From positions 29,206,848 to 29,270,847 of the forward strand of contig CM120643.1 in assembly GCA_051362555.1 (NCBI GenBank): 64,000 bases of DNA, in the 5' to 3' direction. This document shows positions 1-13,795 of this stretch, one piece after another. Positions within the stretch are counted from its first letter, which is position 1. Each line of letters begins with the position of its first letter. The position numbers and the translations under genes are program-made. Source of the stretch: Lingula anatina (lineage: Eukaryota > Animalia > Brachiopoda). Under the pieces are notes generated by a model that did no database searches, was not told where the DNA came from, and was given only the letters and a program-made list of their open reading frames with translations.

Positions 1-78
1 ATTTTTAGCAATTGCCAGTAATGGAACATTTATGTGAATGTTTGTGTGGGGTGATACATGTTACATTGTATAATTCAG

Positions 79-241
79 GAGAGTAGAAGAAGACCTGGAA
101 ACCATGTGGCAGGCAGCAACCAGAGATAACATGAGAATGAAGGAAAGTCTGCGGAAATCCTACCACAAGTCTGGTCATGAAGACAGATATCACTCAGATC
201 ACAGGGAACTGTTGCTGCTCTCTTCTGACAGTGAGAGGTGA
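79..241 (+). CDS. Terminal coding exon of an unidentified upstream gene (helical/coiled-coil-like C-terminus); gene starts before the window
   Basis: Acceptor ttcAG ends at 78; open frame RVEEDLETMWQAATRDNMRMKESLRKSYHKSGHEDRYHSDHRELLLLSSDSER ends in tandem stops TGA TAG (239-244); AT-rich UTR-like DNA follows, with AATAAA at 2173. Confidence 0.55.
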
Positions 242-403
242 TAGCAAGGAAGTAAGGGTGTTCCGGGTTCCCTGTGTATTTCTAAGTGTATGGCTTCATA
301 TGGTACAGGGGATAAATTACTGAGACAGATGCTGACATAATAGCTTTTTGAGAGAGATTTGATATTTTTCTTTTTGTTTAGTTTCTTCTCAATTTCCAGA
401 CTC

Positions 404-434
<31 letters not shown>

Positions 435-3400
435 CCACACTCTCTCTCTCTCTGCAAAGACTTGGCATAATTTTTTTATGGAGGTGGTGTCACTAAGGAT
501 TTGGATTTAGTAGTTAGCAGAAGTTATTGGAAATCTGTAGCCTTAAACGAGACCCTGACTGCTATATCAGTGTGTGATAAATTTTACAATACTGAAGGGA
601 AACTGTGCAGACAAAGTACCAAACTGTGTCCATGCAATATTGTTTCAAAACATTCTACAAAATCTGTTAGCTGTAGGTAAACTATGGAGATTTTGTTAGT
701 GAGCACATTGAGATTATTAATTGTTTTAGAATACAAGGGTTCTGCTGGTATTCAGTCATTTCAAATGTACTCCGGCAAAATCTGTATTTGATGACGGTGC
801 GCATGTATGCTGCATGTTAAACAATTTTTTTTTTCATTTAAAAATTTGAACGGTAACCTCTTTTACTATAACGGAGTCACAATCATGTTCATTGTTGTTA
901 CTAGTTATAGTATTTACTTATTCGGTCTACTAACATGTTGTAATAATGGAATTTGATGTATTATTTTTTACATCCCATGTACCACATGTCACAAAAGAAC
1001 TCCAATCTAAAGTTGGTCTGAAAATTCCATTTTAATCCGGAATGAATTCATTGGTGAAAGTTATCTGAAGTGAAGAAAATTGTCCCATTTGGCAAAGTTA
1101 TAAAAAAGGCTAACAGTGGAGATCAGTAGTCACTTCTGAATCAGTGGAATTCATGTAACTTACCACTGTATAACTCGTAATATCATTTAACTCGATATCT
1201 TAATATTTGGAGATCGTTTCTTTTGTATTATCTGAAACTTATCAGAACATTGTCTTAGTTGAATCTAAGTATAACTCGAACAAATTTTACAGTCTGAAGT
1301 TGGATTTTTTTATATTATGTAATCGAAGTGGACTACAGTTCTTTTATCGAAGTAGACCAAGTCTTAATTTGACCCAGGTTCTTTGTGAAGCTGGCCCCAG
1401 GGCATTATGGGATTGTCTGCTTCAATTTTTCCGTCCAGTTGTATTTTACCAATTTATTAATCTAAACTTACTGTTTTATGCATCATATGAGATGTACTTC
1501 ATTTGCCAAATGATGTTTTATTTCATTTTGAAGGATAGAATATTATGTACTTATCAGAGGCTTTTGAGAAATGTTTCATTAATGACTTTGTGATTTTGTA
1601 TATTGCTTCTCTTGTTTACAAATGGCATTTTAAAATTTTACCGAATTTTTCTCAGTGATTCCTGATTACCATGCATATTCTATTAACTTATTCATTTTCT
1701 CCGTCCTCACTGGCATTATTGTGCTAATGTAGTCTTGTTGTTGTCATTTGTTATTGATATTAATGTTATGCTTCTGTCCGTCCTAGAATATTGAAATATG
1801 TAAAAAGAGAATAATTCATATCACATATTTTACCATTTATTAAGAAATAAGATATTGTTGTCTCATAATATTTAAGTTCATCTGGCAGTATTTGCCACTT
1901 GCTCAAAATGACCAAAAACTTAGAAGATAGTGTTCGGTAACTTTTGTTGTAGACCTGTAAATTCTAAGGAGTTTAATTACACTATTAGAGTATTAGTTTC
2001 ACTGAGGCCTTTTTAAGCCACATACTATTAACTAATATATATATGCCTAGACAAGGAAAACAAAATGTGCTTGTACATGTTTTTTTTTCATGGGGGGATG
2101 CAGTACTTAAATATAATGGAACCAAATAAGTTTCTCGTCCTCTTTATTGATTGCAGTATCGTGGAAGAAAGCAATAAAAGATGTTTCATCTCATTTGTAT
2201 AGATATAATTTTTTTCTTTATGAAATTTAGGAATATATGGAAGGACAATAGTTATTTTAACTGTGAGAACTGGAGATTACAGTATGCTGACATTACCAGA
2301 CAATAAGAAAGAAAAAAAAAAAAAAAAAGAAATACAGCATCTTGCAGTGGAAGAAGAAACTATTGCTGTAAGAGATTGTGAAGAAATAAAGCAAAACCTA
2401 GTTCAAGACTCACCCTTCAAGAAATTGACAAAAAGGACTTATTTTTAAATATGATGTGGAGAAAGGGCATTGTACAAAAACATCACTAATAATAACTAAA
2501 ATAGCAAAAAAATGTACCTCCACTTTTCAAACTTATTCTTAAAGTGTTGATTTCTTTAAGGGTGGATCTAAACCATATCCAACCTAAAAATTTTCAAAAT
2601 AATGACCGGACGGCCCGAGTAATGCTGACCAGTGTCTGGACCAACTTTCAAGCAGCATGGTCAGGAGATACAAGAACTGTTACAACCACTATGATCCCTG
2701 TCCACCCAAGACCCGAGGTAAAGGAGAAAGGATACTGGCAAACAAAATTATGATTTATACATAAATATTAAATCATAATATAAATATTATTTTCCTGCCC
2801 TCAACAAATTTCTATACTTACCCATCATTTATCTGTTGGAGTCCCAAACTTAAAAATACCATAGATATAAATAATATAAGTAAACTATTAGCTGATGCCC
2901 ACATTTACTCCATGTCTTAACACGAGCGTACAGTGACATTTTATTGTCCAGTAAGTAACTACATTTAATTATATATATAAATTACTAATTTTAATTTTGA
3001 TAAAATACATTTTATGCGAGGTATTTTCCCAGTATTGCATGATGTTACTATTATTTTTTATTTCAAAAGTTATAAATTAATAATATAAACTGAACTCATT
3101 TTGATATGGGGAAAACTTAACAGAAACATTTACAGCTCTTGCTGTCATCAAAGTGTAAATTGTTTTTTTAAACCAAATTTATCATTAATTTGGTCCAATA
3201 TTGTGATACAGATAAAATCTAGGATTTTGCAGAACAGAGCATGCATTAAAACAGGAAATCACTGACATGGACACAATCACATGAGAGCACACACACACGT
3301 CATATTTTCTTGTACACAGTCTTCAAGACAAGCAAAACTCTTACTTCATATAGCATCAGAAAAAAAAACAATACCTAGTGCTGACATATCAACTAACAAT

Positions 3401-3527
3401 AAATAAATTAATGAAAAGTATTTGATGTCCTATTACCCCAGCTTAAACAAATCACTTCCTGGAGTGAGCGCAAAATGGATTCAGAGTTCCAATGAAAAAC
3501 TGATCAATCAAAGTGTGAACATGTACT

Positions 3528-6500
3528 TCAGAACCCATACTGAGGCAAGGTGAGTATGCAACATGCACGTCCAATGCGTGGAGAATGTTTCTCCTCAACC
3601 ACTGCTTTGACATCCTCGTTGGTATTATACGCGTAAATCATCTCAGAGAAATAATGGTCTCCATTCAGTCCACCGACAATATAGATGTCTGATCCTAAAA
3701 CGCAGGAGCCAGACTCGCGTACGTTAAGCTGGCACTGACTACGTGACCACTGATCCACTGCAGGACTGTAGATTTCTATTGATATTGTGGGAACAGCAAA
3801 TCCGTACGAATCCTCGACATTTCCACCTATAACAAAGAGTCGTCCGTTCACATGCTCCATGATATGGTTCCCCCTCGGCGCTATCATTGGTGCTTTCTGT
3901 GTCCATTTATCCTCAGAGGGGTTGTAACACATTAGTTTCCCAGTGTACCCATCAAACAGTTGCCCTCCACTGAGGTAGATGAGATCATTGCAGACGGCCC
4001 CCGCACTACCCACTGAGGCGTTTGGCAACGCGACCTTCATTTCCCACTCATTCTTAGCAACCTGAAAACATTCCATCGAACAGATAAGGATGTTCTCATC
4101 TTGCCCCGCTATGGCATACAGTGCCCCCTTGTAGGCAACCATGACAAAATCTTTCCTCGCCTCTGTCATGGATGCCAACTCATACCATGTATCAAAACGA
4201 GGATCATACCGGAAACACCTCGCTGTTGCTATTTCATTATGAGAGTTATTGTCGTACTTGCCGCCACATGTGTACATGAAGTTGTCTATCACGCAAACAC
4301 AAGGGTTGTACAGTGGTATTGTGGCATCCTTCAGAAAGGTGTGCTTCTTGGTGACTAAATTGTAACTGTCCACGTTTTCCCCGTGGATCATCATGATACT
4401 TTTCTGGTCTGACCTGATCTGTGTCCGCGGTGACTGGAGGAGGGGTTGTTTACCCACCACTATGTGATAGTCCTTGGCCTCCGTCAGCAGTCGATTGCAC
4501 TCCGTGTTACACTTCATTATCTCCTCCTGGCTGACCTGAATATATAGGGCAGTAAAGCTTATGAAAATCCACATTTTATTTCATCAAATCCTTCTGCATA
4601 ACTTAACTCTCATAAAAAGCAAGTTCATTTATAAAAATGAATGGTGGAGTAAATTTTTACTGACCACAGGTATAAATTGACCATGGAGTGTATTGTCTTG
4701 ACAACAATCCTCACTCAACTCTAAATTTCTTAGTGTATTACCATGGCAGCATACTATAAGTACTACGGCAACATTATTGACATGGCAACCATAGCTCCTC
4801 CAGTCAGTAATGATTATCTCATTACTCACAAAAACTTTGAAACTGTAAGTAGCTATGGCAGCATGTTATCATAGCTATACTTGTCACTGTTATAATAGTA
4901 ACATATGATGCTGTCATAGTAACACACGCTATTGTCATAGCAACACGACATGCTACCGTGACAACCCTACCTTCTCCACCAGCTCCTCTCCAGTCAGCAG
5001 TGGCAACCGGACACGACTCATAAGCTGGGCAACTTGTGGCTCCCTCTGCTGTGGTCTGTGTCTGATCCAGCTGAGGACGATCAGGAAGAGATGGTACTCG
5101 GAGGTGACCTTGAGGTGGTTGCGGTCCAGGAGGGCGGCCATCTGGGTGTGGTTGAGACTGTTGAATTGGTCTGCTGTGGAAATGCTCTGCAGGGAACAGG
5201 GGGGAAATAGTGAAGTTTGGAGATATACTTGCCTTTCATATATGGTTGCTCACACATGAAGATTAAATATGTAAACACATCACACAAATACAAAAATACA
5301 CAGCTACAGCTTATCCAATCCAATATGCCCTTGACAGCAGAGTAACTAACGAGGTCTTAAGTCTTATGTTTATATGATCAAGGTAAAGCCTGCAGGGACA
5401 CTTGCTTATTTTGTATAAAAGTTGCTCCTCAGAGTATAATATGACACTAGTAATAATTATGGTTTTAAAAAAGGAAGTTCCAGGTGCCTGTAAAAACGTG
5501 TGCTCTAGTATTCATAGGTGTGTGTGGTGAACAGTGGACAAAATTAAATCTAATTTGATAAGTCACCTCCACCTTATAAAGCACACACATTTACAAAGCA
5601 CTTTCAAGAAGACAATATTTTTCTCTACCTCAAAATGCTCCAGTATAAACAGCATGGCTTGCTCCTTCATCTGCAGCAGAGAGTAGAGCTCTGCTAGGTT
5701 CAAAATGTCCACACAGTTCTCCTCTGTGATAGCCATCTCTAAGTACTCACAACACAGCCTCACCACATCTGTCATCTGAAATATGGTTTATTTTCTGATC
5801 TGTAAATGGTGGGATTGTATACAGATATCTAAGAGAGGGAGAAAATCCCTCACTTGTCTCACTGATGCCAAATTAATCCCATTTTATGAGTATGAAATTC
5901 TAATTTCACTTATGATAAATGAATAAACAAAGTATTAACAAATATGTGGCTGTTAATAAGTATACAAAAATACACAAAATGAATTTTAAAAGACGTAAAC
6001 TAAAATAAATGGCACAAAACAAAATAAAGAAATTCTTCAATAACCGTCACTCCTCTGACCTGTAGATGTGATGCTGCGGCCAGCACCTCCTCCACATTCT
6101 CAATACCCAGCTCCAGCTTCCCAGTGTATGCAAAGTCCACCACGGCCTGGAGTCCAGCTGCCGAGACCCAGTGGAGGTGGACACTGTCCTCTCGCGCTTC
6201 GCGCATGTCCCCCGTCATCATCACGCGGAAATAGTCACTGCATGCTGCCAGAACTGCCTTGTGTACCTGAATATAATTTAGTTAAACTGATATCTTCATG
6301 TGAAAATAGTCAAATATATATATTCAGTGACTGATTCAAGGAGACCTTAAGGTAAGTTAAATCTCACAGTTGACAATAAATTACACAGTAAATACAATCT
6401 AATGTATGTTAGGATCAGTCATAAAAAAATTAATTCCAAATCTACACTGCCTCTAAAGTAACCTGAATTTCACTGATTACTGTAAACTAGCTAGCATATA

Positions 6501-7370
6501 TTATTAGTACATCCTTGTGGTATTTCTACTAAACAGCCTATCTCAGGGTAGTCTTACCTTGAGTGTGGTATTCTCAGCCACTAAGGAGTAGTCACACAGT
6601 GTTCCCTCCTTCCTCAACTCATTAAGTCCTAGTAACACAGTGTTGCCATGGCAAGGAGATGACAACAATGACAGGTTAGCTTGCCTGCTTGATGTACCTG
6701 TTTATAAAGTCATGAAAATACTTCATAAAAAAATTAGAAAAAATGATGACTTCGATACAAATCAGAAGTCTTTACACAACCATATAATTACTGTGCATGC
6801 AAAATTTTAGAGTTAATCCGCAGAAGTTCAATATAGAAAATAATTCCATTTCTTAGTTTTTGTGAAACTGCCAAATGTCACCATACAGGTGGACCAATCA
6901 TATTTGTTGTGGGTCAATGACGTCTTAAAGCTACGACCAATTGTTGATTCAAGTTCTGTTTTGATACCAGGCAAAGTCTGAAACTTAACATGCAACATTG
7001 GTCAAATGACACCTTGACTGGTAAGACCCATAATGCTGGTATGCCAAGGACCATATAGAATAGGGGACCAACTAGTCCTACTACAAAGCTTGCCATCTAA
7101 TCCACTAAAAGACACTGAATAGATATCTCATGGGGAAGTATTCAAGTGGGTCGGTCATAAGATAGTCCCCTATTCCAAATGAGGCCTTTGAATTATATTG
7201 TAAACAGAATTATCATTTGAATAATGTGAACAATAACAATCTTATTATAATAAATTGGTAAAACAAAGAACAAATATATTGAAGATTAATAAACAGACTC
7301 ATTGAATGCTGCACGTACCCTCTTCCACAGACTGGTCCGGCTTCAACACTTTCCTTTTACCAGACATCAT
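3528..7370 (-). CDS. Kelch-like BTB-BACK-Kelch protein (KLHL26/KLHL9/KLHL13-like Cul3 adaptor), about 589 aa, 6 coding exons
   Basis: Exons 7370-7319, 6697-6558, 6266-6060, 5775-5629, 5186-4971, 4535-3528; all GT-AG and phase-consistent. BTB motifs HKAVLAACSDYFR and VVDFAYTG; BACK SEYHLFLIVLSWI and VRLPLL; linker LQSPRTQIRSD; kelch repeats with GG/Y/W (YTCGG, YAIAG, YLSGG, FVIGG, YIVGG). Probable non-coding 5' exon ending at 7737. Confidence 0.92.
7046..7187. mobile_element. MITE (family B), copy 1, in KLHL intron
   Basis: Imperfect TIRs (aggaccatatagaataggggac / gtcccctattccaaatgaggcct); interior is the reverse complement of the element at 16756-16918. Confidence 0.7.
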
Positions 7371-7739
7371 CACAGCTTGGTAACTTGGTTGCTAGGTCAA
7401 TGGAAGGTGGTTAGGGGTTGCCAACCCCGAGATGCCATTTTTTTCAGCACTGCAACAGATACAGAAACCTGTTAAAGGAATCATTATCTATTCTTTAATC
7501 TTCCTATTATCTAAAATATTTAAATTTGTCGGATAAAAAAAAGAAATAGTAAGGAACTCCATATTTTGGAAAAAGCTAGGTAAAAGGACGCCCTCCAAAA
7601 TTGTTGTTAAAAGAACTGCAAGTGTCTTTGGATAACATAAACTGAGTATAATTACGGCCAAATATTACATGGTCATAACTGGCTTCATAACAAGAAACAA
7701 GATGCTTAACATAAGCGGGCAGTTGTAAATAATTACCTC

Positions 7740-8184
7740 AAACTCGGCAGCTGTTTTTATTTCAGTGACCTACTCTTCTTTGTTTGGAGTTTCGAAGGAG
7801 ACACTTTGGGCAACAACTTGCATCCGATCACATAAGACACCATTTCCGTCACATGTTGGGAAAGTCCACGCTTTTGCTACTCAGTCTTTTTGTTTTAATT
7901 AATCCGATTAGATCACCATAGGAATTCTTTGTAAAATCTCAGTCAATCGCATCAACTTTTATCGTATTCGAAAGTTCAACTCATGTATAGACCAAGACGC
8001 ATTTTATTAACAGTATGCAACGTACCTGCATGTACAAGACTCAAGAGTTTGAGAAATCAAAGTTTAAACTATTACATCGTGTATCACAGTATATTTTAGT
8101 AAAAATGGTCAGTTTTTAAAATTATACTGATTACATTTTATCTTCAGAGTTCTTTCACCTTGCAAACACTTCACGTGGGTTGAA
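7740..8184. promoter_or_regulatory. Putative bidirectional promoter between KLHL (-) and CTU2 (+)
   Basis: Divergent genes; KLHL 5'UTR donor at 7736 and CTU2 ATG at 8185; E-boxes TCACGTGG (8171) and GTCACATG (7848). Confidence 0.6.
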
Positions 8185-8567
8185 ATGTGTAGCGTACAGG
8201 ACGGAGAAGATGTGATACCGGAGAGAAAGAAGACTGGGAAGTTTACAGAGTGAGTTACACAATTTGTTCTAAATACTGATATACATTTTCTCAGACTCAG
8301 TTGTTAGTTATTTCTTGCAACTAGTAGGAGTGTCCTTAGCACCATATGGTTTGTATAAATTGTTCTATTAATTAAAATTATTCTGTTGTAATTTTGTAAC
8401 ATCTCTCTTCAACTGAGAGAGAGAAAGAGAGATGGGGGGTATAATACCACACTAAGCCACTGTGGTTCTAAAAGAACTTGTGCAAAATTGTTTGAATAGT
8501 TTAAAACATATTAAATTAAATGAAATGACATTGCCAAAGGTCTGTTCATTGCTACATTTTATTTTTA

Positions 8568-8613
<46 letters not shown>

Positions 8614-8777
8614 TGAGTGTATATATTGACTGGTATTTAAATTAAAGATAAATGTTTACAGAGGTGAAAGACGTCCATGTATGAAGTGTGGTGAGTCAGC
8701 AGCTGTGATAATTAGAGTTAATGATGCCTTCTGCAGGTGAGTGAAAAATAATCCTTTTTAACAGAGGCCTTTCACAC

Positions 8778-8825
<48 letters not shown>

Positions 8826-11800
8826 TCAGAATGGAACTTCTTGCTCATGCACAATGATAAGTAACAATAAGTAATTAAAATGATTATTGGATACTTTCAA
8901 CCATGATTTGTTAAATGTGTCATGATGCTTTTTTATTTTATATAATTCACAGATGCAGCAATCAGAATAAGATTTTTCATTGTCATTCTCTGACAGTTAA
9001 ATTTTTTCAAAAAAGTATTTATATATTGTTTTTCTCTAAAGTTGTGCAATCTGAATAAGATTGATCTTTCAATGTTTTCCACATTTGAATTGTTTCATTA
9101 AATTCTGTTCATATATTTTCCAGAGGGTGTTTCCTCACATATTGCACTCACAAGTTCAGGTCTGCATTTGGCAAGTCAAAACTTATCCGTGATGGGGAGA
9201 AGGTTCTGGTGGCATTCTCCGGAGGTCAGAGTTCAACAGCATTGTTACACCTAATACAGGAGGTATGAGAACTTTTGGGGATCATTGCAAAACATTTAAG
9301 TTTGTGGAAGACCACAAAATGAAATAAAATAAGATATAAGTAAGATAAGAATAAGTAAAATAAAACAAATTAATCAGCCACACACTACATACTACATACA
9401 AATGACAGTTGTTAAAACTGGACCAGGTAACAATTGCTGGTTTTAATGTTTAAATTCAGAATAATTTGTTTTCTTACCATAAGTTTAAACTTGAGGTTTC
9501 TATTAACCAAAAACAACAGTAATGCCAAGAATCTTCATTGTAAGTTTTTCCTTGGAATTCTATAATTTTATTCTTTAAGGGTCTCAGTGAGAGAGCTCAG
9601 AAGAAGCTGAGGTTTATTCCAAGTTTTGTCTTCATTGATGGTAAGTTGCAGATATGATTGTTGCTCTCAGATATAATTATTTTTGGCGAGGGGGGAACAA
9701 TAAAAATATTAAAAAAATTCCAGTCTCCCTTAGACTTTGATCTGGTATTGTTTGTATGGATAAGTTGTTAACAATATTCTTCACTGTTTGCATTCCAGAG
9801 GGAGCAGTTCTTAACCAAACTCAGGAGGAGAGGTCAGAGACGTGCCAGCAGGTGGCGGCACTGTTGCAGCAGTCTGGGTTTCCATGGAACATCATTTCCT
9901 TGGAGAAGGTGTGGAGAAAATCAGTCACTTGCGTAAACCGTTATGTCTCAGCAGTGTGAGAGCAATAAGTCAATTGTTGAAAATGTGACCAAATTATCAG
10001 ATGTGTTTAGAAGACATAAAGTAAAGTTGAAGAAAATTGAGATGATTTATGCAAGGATGGTGAGACTGAATATTTAGTTGTATTGATGTAGCCTTTTTGA
10101 ACTCATTGTGGCCTCCAGTTTTATGAACATCAGACCAAGAGATTGTTTTGACTCTTAGACCGAAATTTGTGGTCTGCTTCAATTTTGGATATATCTGTAG
10201 TAGCCTACTTTATCAGAGTGATAATTTGTCTTTAGTATCAGCAATTCCTTTCTTTTTATGAAACTACTGTGATATCTCATTCTAGATCATGCAAGAGAGC
10301 AATTCACTAGAAAAGTTTGAACTCTCTGAACAGTTTGAATCTCTCCATGTCAGTGAGAAGGATCAGGAAGAGTTAAAGTCTCTCTGGAACTCAGTGAAAA
10401 CTCTCAGTGCCAAGGAAGAGATGATCAGAACTTTGAGGTGTTTATTTTTATTTAATTTTTTTGGTTCGTTGCATCGAATATTTTGTTTCAAAAATGTTTG
10501 GCTTCATGTGTTTATTTTATCTCATATTCTTTACTAAATCAGGGGCAAAAACAAGATAATGAATTTTTTCTTCCAATGGATTCATTTTCTTTTAATTTAA
10601 CAGCATCTCATCGTTTGTTATTTGATATGAACATGTTCTCAATCACTTACCTGAAGCTAGCAAGTTCAAAAACTTTTTTTCTTTACCCAAGATCTAGGTT
10701 ACTAGTTTCCATAGCAACAGCAGGGGGATACAGCAAAGTCCTGGTTGGTGACACAGGGACCAAGTTATCAATCCGTCTGCTTTCTGATGTGGCACAGGGA
10801 AGAGGAATGCATCTGCCTTTTGAAACAGTCAGTTTATGCAAGCTTTGTCATTTGATTCCAACAAAAGCAGACTAGAACATTTTGTTTCTGTGATAAATTG
10901 ACCATACACACTTAACTTGCTTCTCCAACAATATAGGGCAGGATGGGATTGTTCATACGTGATTTATCAACTTGAAGGTTTTTCGTAGATAATGTCTTTT
11001 TACTTCCTGACTTTAAGAATGGCTAAGTATTACTTCTTAGTTCAGAATTGTGTTGATTCTGAAATATCACTATTTTTAAGGGTTTTGCAGATTGCAGGCA
11101 CCCTGAAATGAAAATAGTAAGACCAGTGAGGTGAGAGTTAGTTTTCAGATTTTTTATACCTGTGGAAGTTTTGCATGACCTTAAAATAACCCAGCAGATA
11201 AAAAAAGCTAAATTGCTTATGATTCTCAGAATTCCTTTACCATATTGAATTTATTTAATAAGACATTATTTTTTAAGTGTTTCAAATATGAAAAATTTAG
11301 GTATGTAGAAAAAAATTGAATATTATTAACAGAAGTTTAAGAGATCAATGTTGAAAATAATGATGTAAATAATTGTATAATTTTGTTACAATTATCATAA
11401 TATTTTTCAGAGATTTTACTGCCAAGGAGGTGGCCATGTATAATGCCTTCCATAATCTTCAGCCTCTAGTTTTACCTGCTTTAACTACAAAGGTAAAATG
11501 TCCATCAGATATTTATCAGTATGTTTAATTTATTTCAAATTGATCATTGAAAAGTATTGTTTGAGCACAATAAGTGAATAGATGTGTAGATAGTCTAAAA
11601 AATAAATAAAAATAGATAAATAACAAGACAAATCAAAGTGAAGAAATATAGAAAAGAATAGGAGTAAATAATAACTATATGATAACTAAAGACAGAATAA
11701 AAAGGAAAAATATGGATGAAACCTCTGTGATTTCATTATCTCAGCTCCGATTATATATCTGTGATCATTGTATTTCATGAGGCTCAGTGTGATATTTGAT

Positions 11801-13795
11801 CATTCTGTTCCTAGGCAGCATCCAATGCCAGCATAGAGAGACTGACGGAGACATTTGTGACAGGTCTACAGGCTGACTTTCCTTCCACAGTTAGCACTAT
11901 ATTCAGGTACTACTATCATGTTGAAGGTCTCCTTTGTTTCTGCTTTTGTATTTTTTAGCACATTTGTCCTTTTAACTTTTTTCTAAAGATGGTGGAACAA
12001 TGTTAATATTTTTCAGAATAGTTTTGTTACATTTAGGATTCCTTATGTTAAATCTCAGGAATGAGTTGTTATGGCAATGGATGTCTGATGTCATGGTAAT
12101 GGATAACTGTTGCCATGGTAATGGGTACGTGTTGCCATAGTTATGAATAACTATTACATGTACCCTTATGGAAATAGATATGTTGTCATGATTGAAGATT
12201 ATCAATTAATTAACCTCAGGTTTTCTGGTAAATACTAACAGTACACTAAATCGTAACAGATATAGTGTTGTCATATTATATTTATTAAATGATATGAATA
12301 CATATATTTTTTAATTGAGTTAATTGCCAGTTGAAATTATATTGATGAATTAATGGTGTTAATTGTATTCTCTGTTAGGACGGGAGAGAAGTTATCAGTA
12401 GAAGACATGGACAGTGAAGTGGATAGGTGTCAGTTTTGTCAGGTAGTAATATTTTGATATTCAAGGAATGACTTGTCAACAATAAAATTGATTTATTTCA
12501 TTATTATTATTTTATTGTTGTTGTAGATGTTGTTGTTATAATTATGAAAATTTGAGAAGATCAAAGTTCATGAAATCCAATCGGTATCTATTGGAAGCAA
12601 GCAGGAAGTAGCTTAATATATTAAATGAAAAATTATTTTTAATGTACAGAAATGGATATCATTACTAATCAGCTGACTTGTTTGCTGTTTCAGGCCCCTT
12701 TGGATACAAATGTCCCAGCATCCTCTGCGTTAAATGCCACGCTGTTCTCACAAAGCCTCTCTCAGAAGTCGTCCACCTCCACAATAGGTGGAGCCAGTAA
12801 CTGTGATAAGACAGATTCATGTTGTGGAGAAGGTGACGGCAGCTGCCAGACACAGGACTTCAGGTGAAGATATTTATTTTTATTTTTTATTATATATTTA
12901 TCTCTTCTCAGACAAATATTTGGCAATAACTTAATTTAGTCATTTTAATTTGTAGATGACATGGCATGGGAAGTTCTCTCTTTTGCAGATAATTGATAAT
13001 TCTCAGTAATCAAAAAAGCCAAAAATTGGATATTTTATTTTTAAATTTAAAAATGTGATCAATTTATTATGATTGTAGTATACAAAGAATGAGATTTGTG
13101 CTTTAGTTTTAAATAATGTTCATACTATATTATTATGTAAATTTTATACATATTTTTTTAAAAATTCAGATTAACTAAAGAAGATTTGGCTGCTGTCCTT
13201 TGCTATGGATGTCGACTTGTTATTAAGGACATGGTAAGAGTTTCTGTCACTGAAATTGGTAGAAAATTTAGTCCCAATTTAATGTAACAAATACCTTGAT
13301 CTTTTTTTGTGTGACATTACTTGGTCCATTTAGAAATTTTATATCATAATACTAAGTGCTTCCTAAGATTGTTGACAAGTTCTCACCTAATATAATCTGA
13401 TAAAAAAGTCAGTTGGATTTTCATTTAATATTATTTGACACCTCATACTTGGTGCATGCTGCATTTGGAATAATTTCAGATGTGAATATATTTCTTTTTT
13501 TGCAGAACTCTGTAGATGACCTTCTTCCAGCAAATGTTTTACAATCTGCTGCAGCTGCAGTAAGAAGGTACATTGATTTTTAAAGACTGATTTGGGTTTA
13601 AAAAAAAACTTTGGTAATTGAAATGTACACAATATTATCAAACAGTGTGCAAGAATGTTTCAGTTAGATAAGTCATTGGTATCCATACTTTTCAACACAT
13701 TTTGATATGTTTTATATCAATAATCAGCAATTTTCATGAACAATTGTAGGAAGAAGATGAAAGATGAAATACAAGATTTCCTTCTTCCAAGCTGA
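8185..13795 (+). CDS. CTU2: Cytoplasmic tRNA 2-thiolation protein 2, 15 exons
   Basis: Exons 8185-8249, 8662-8736, 9124-9262, 9580-9640, 9799-9908, 10286-10437, 10692-10827, 11081-11130, 11411-11491, 11815-11906, 12379-12442, 12694-12863, 13170-13233, 13506-13567, 13750-13795. Peptides CMKC, DAFCRGCF..HKFR, EKVLVAFSGGQSS (PP-loop-like), VAQGRG, RPVRDFTAKEV, SIERLTETFVTGLQADFPSTVSTIFRTGEKL and LCYGCR match CTU2/Ncs2. Confidence 0.96.

Noticed and set aside
199-468. ORFs with ER, TH, YI or poly-F runs (also 19040-19384, 33138-33341, 56568-56765, 60539-60775)
   Set aside because: Translations of (GA)n, (CA)n, (TA)n and poly-A microsatellites.
6642-6655. Near-perfect X-box gttgccatggcaag
   Set aside because: Lies within a KLHL coding exon (PCHGN codons); a single hit explicable by coding sequence.
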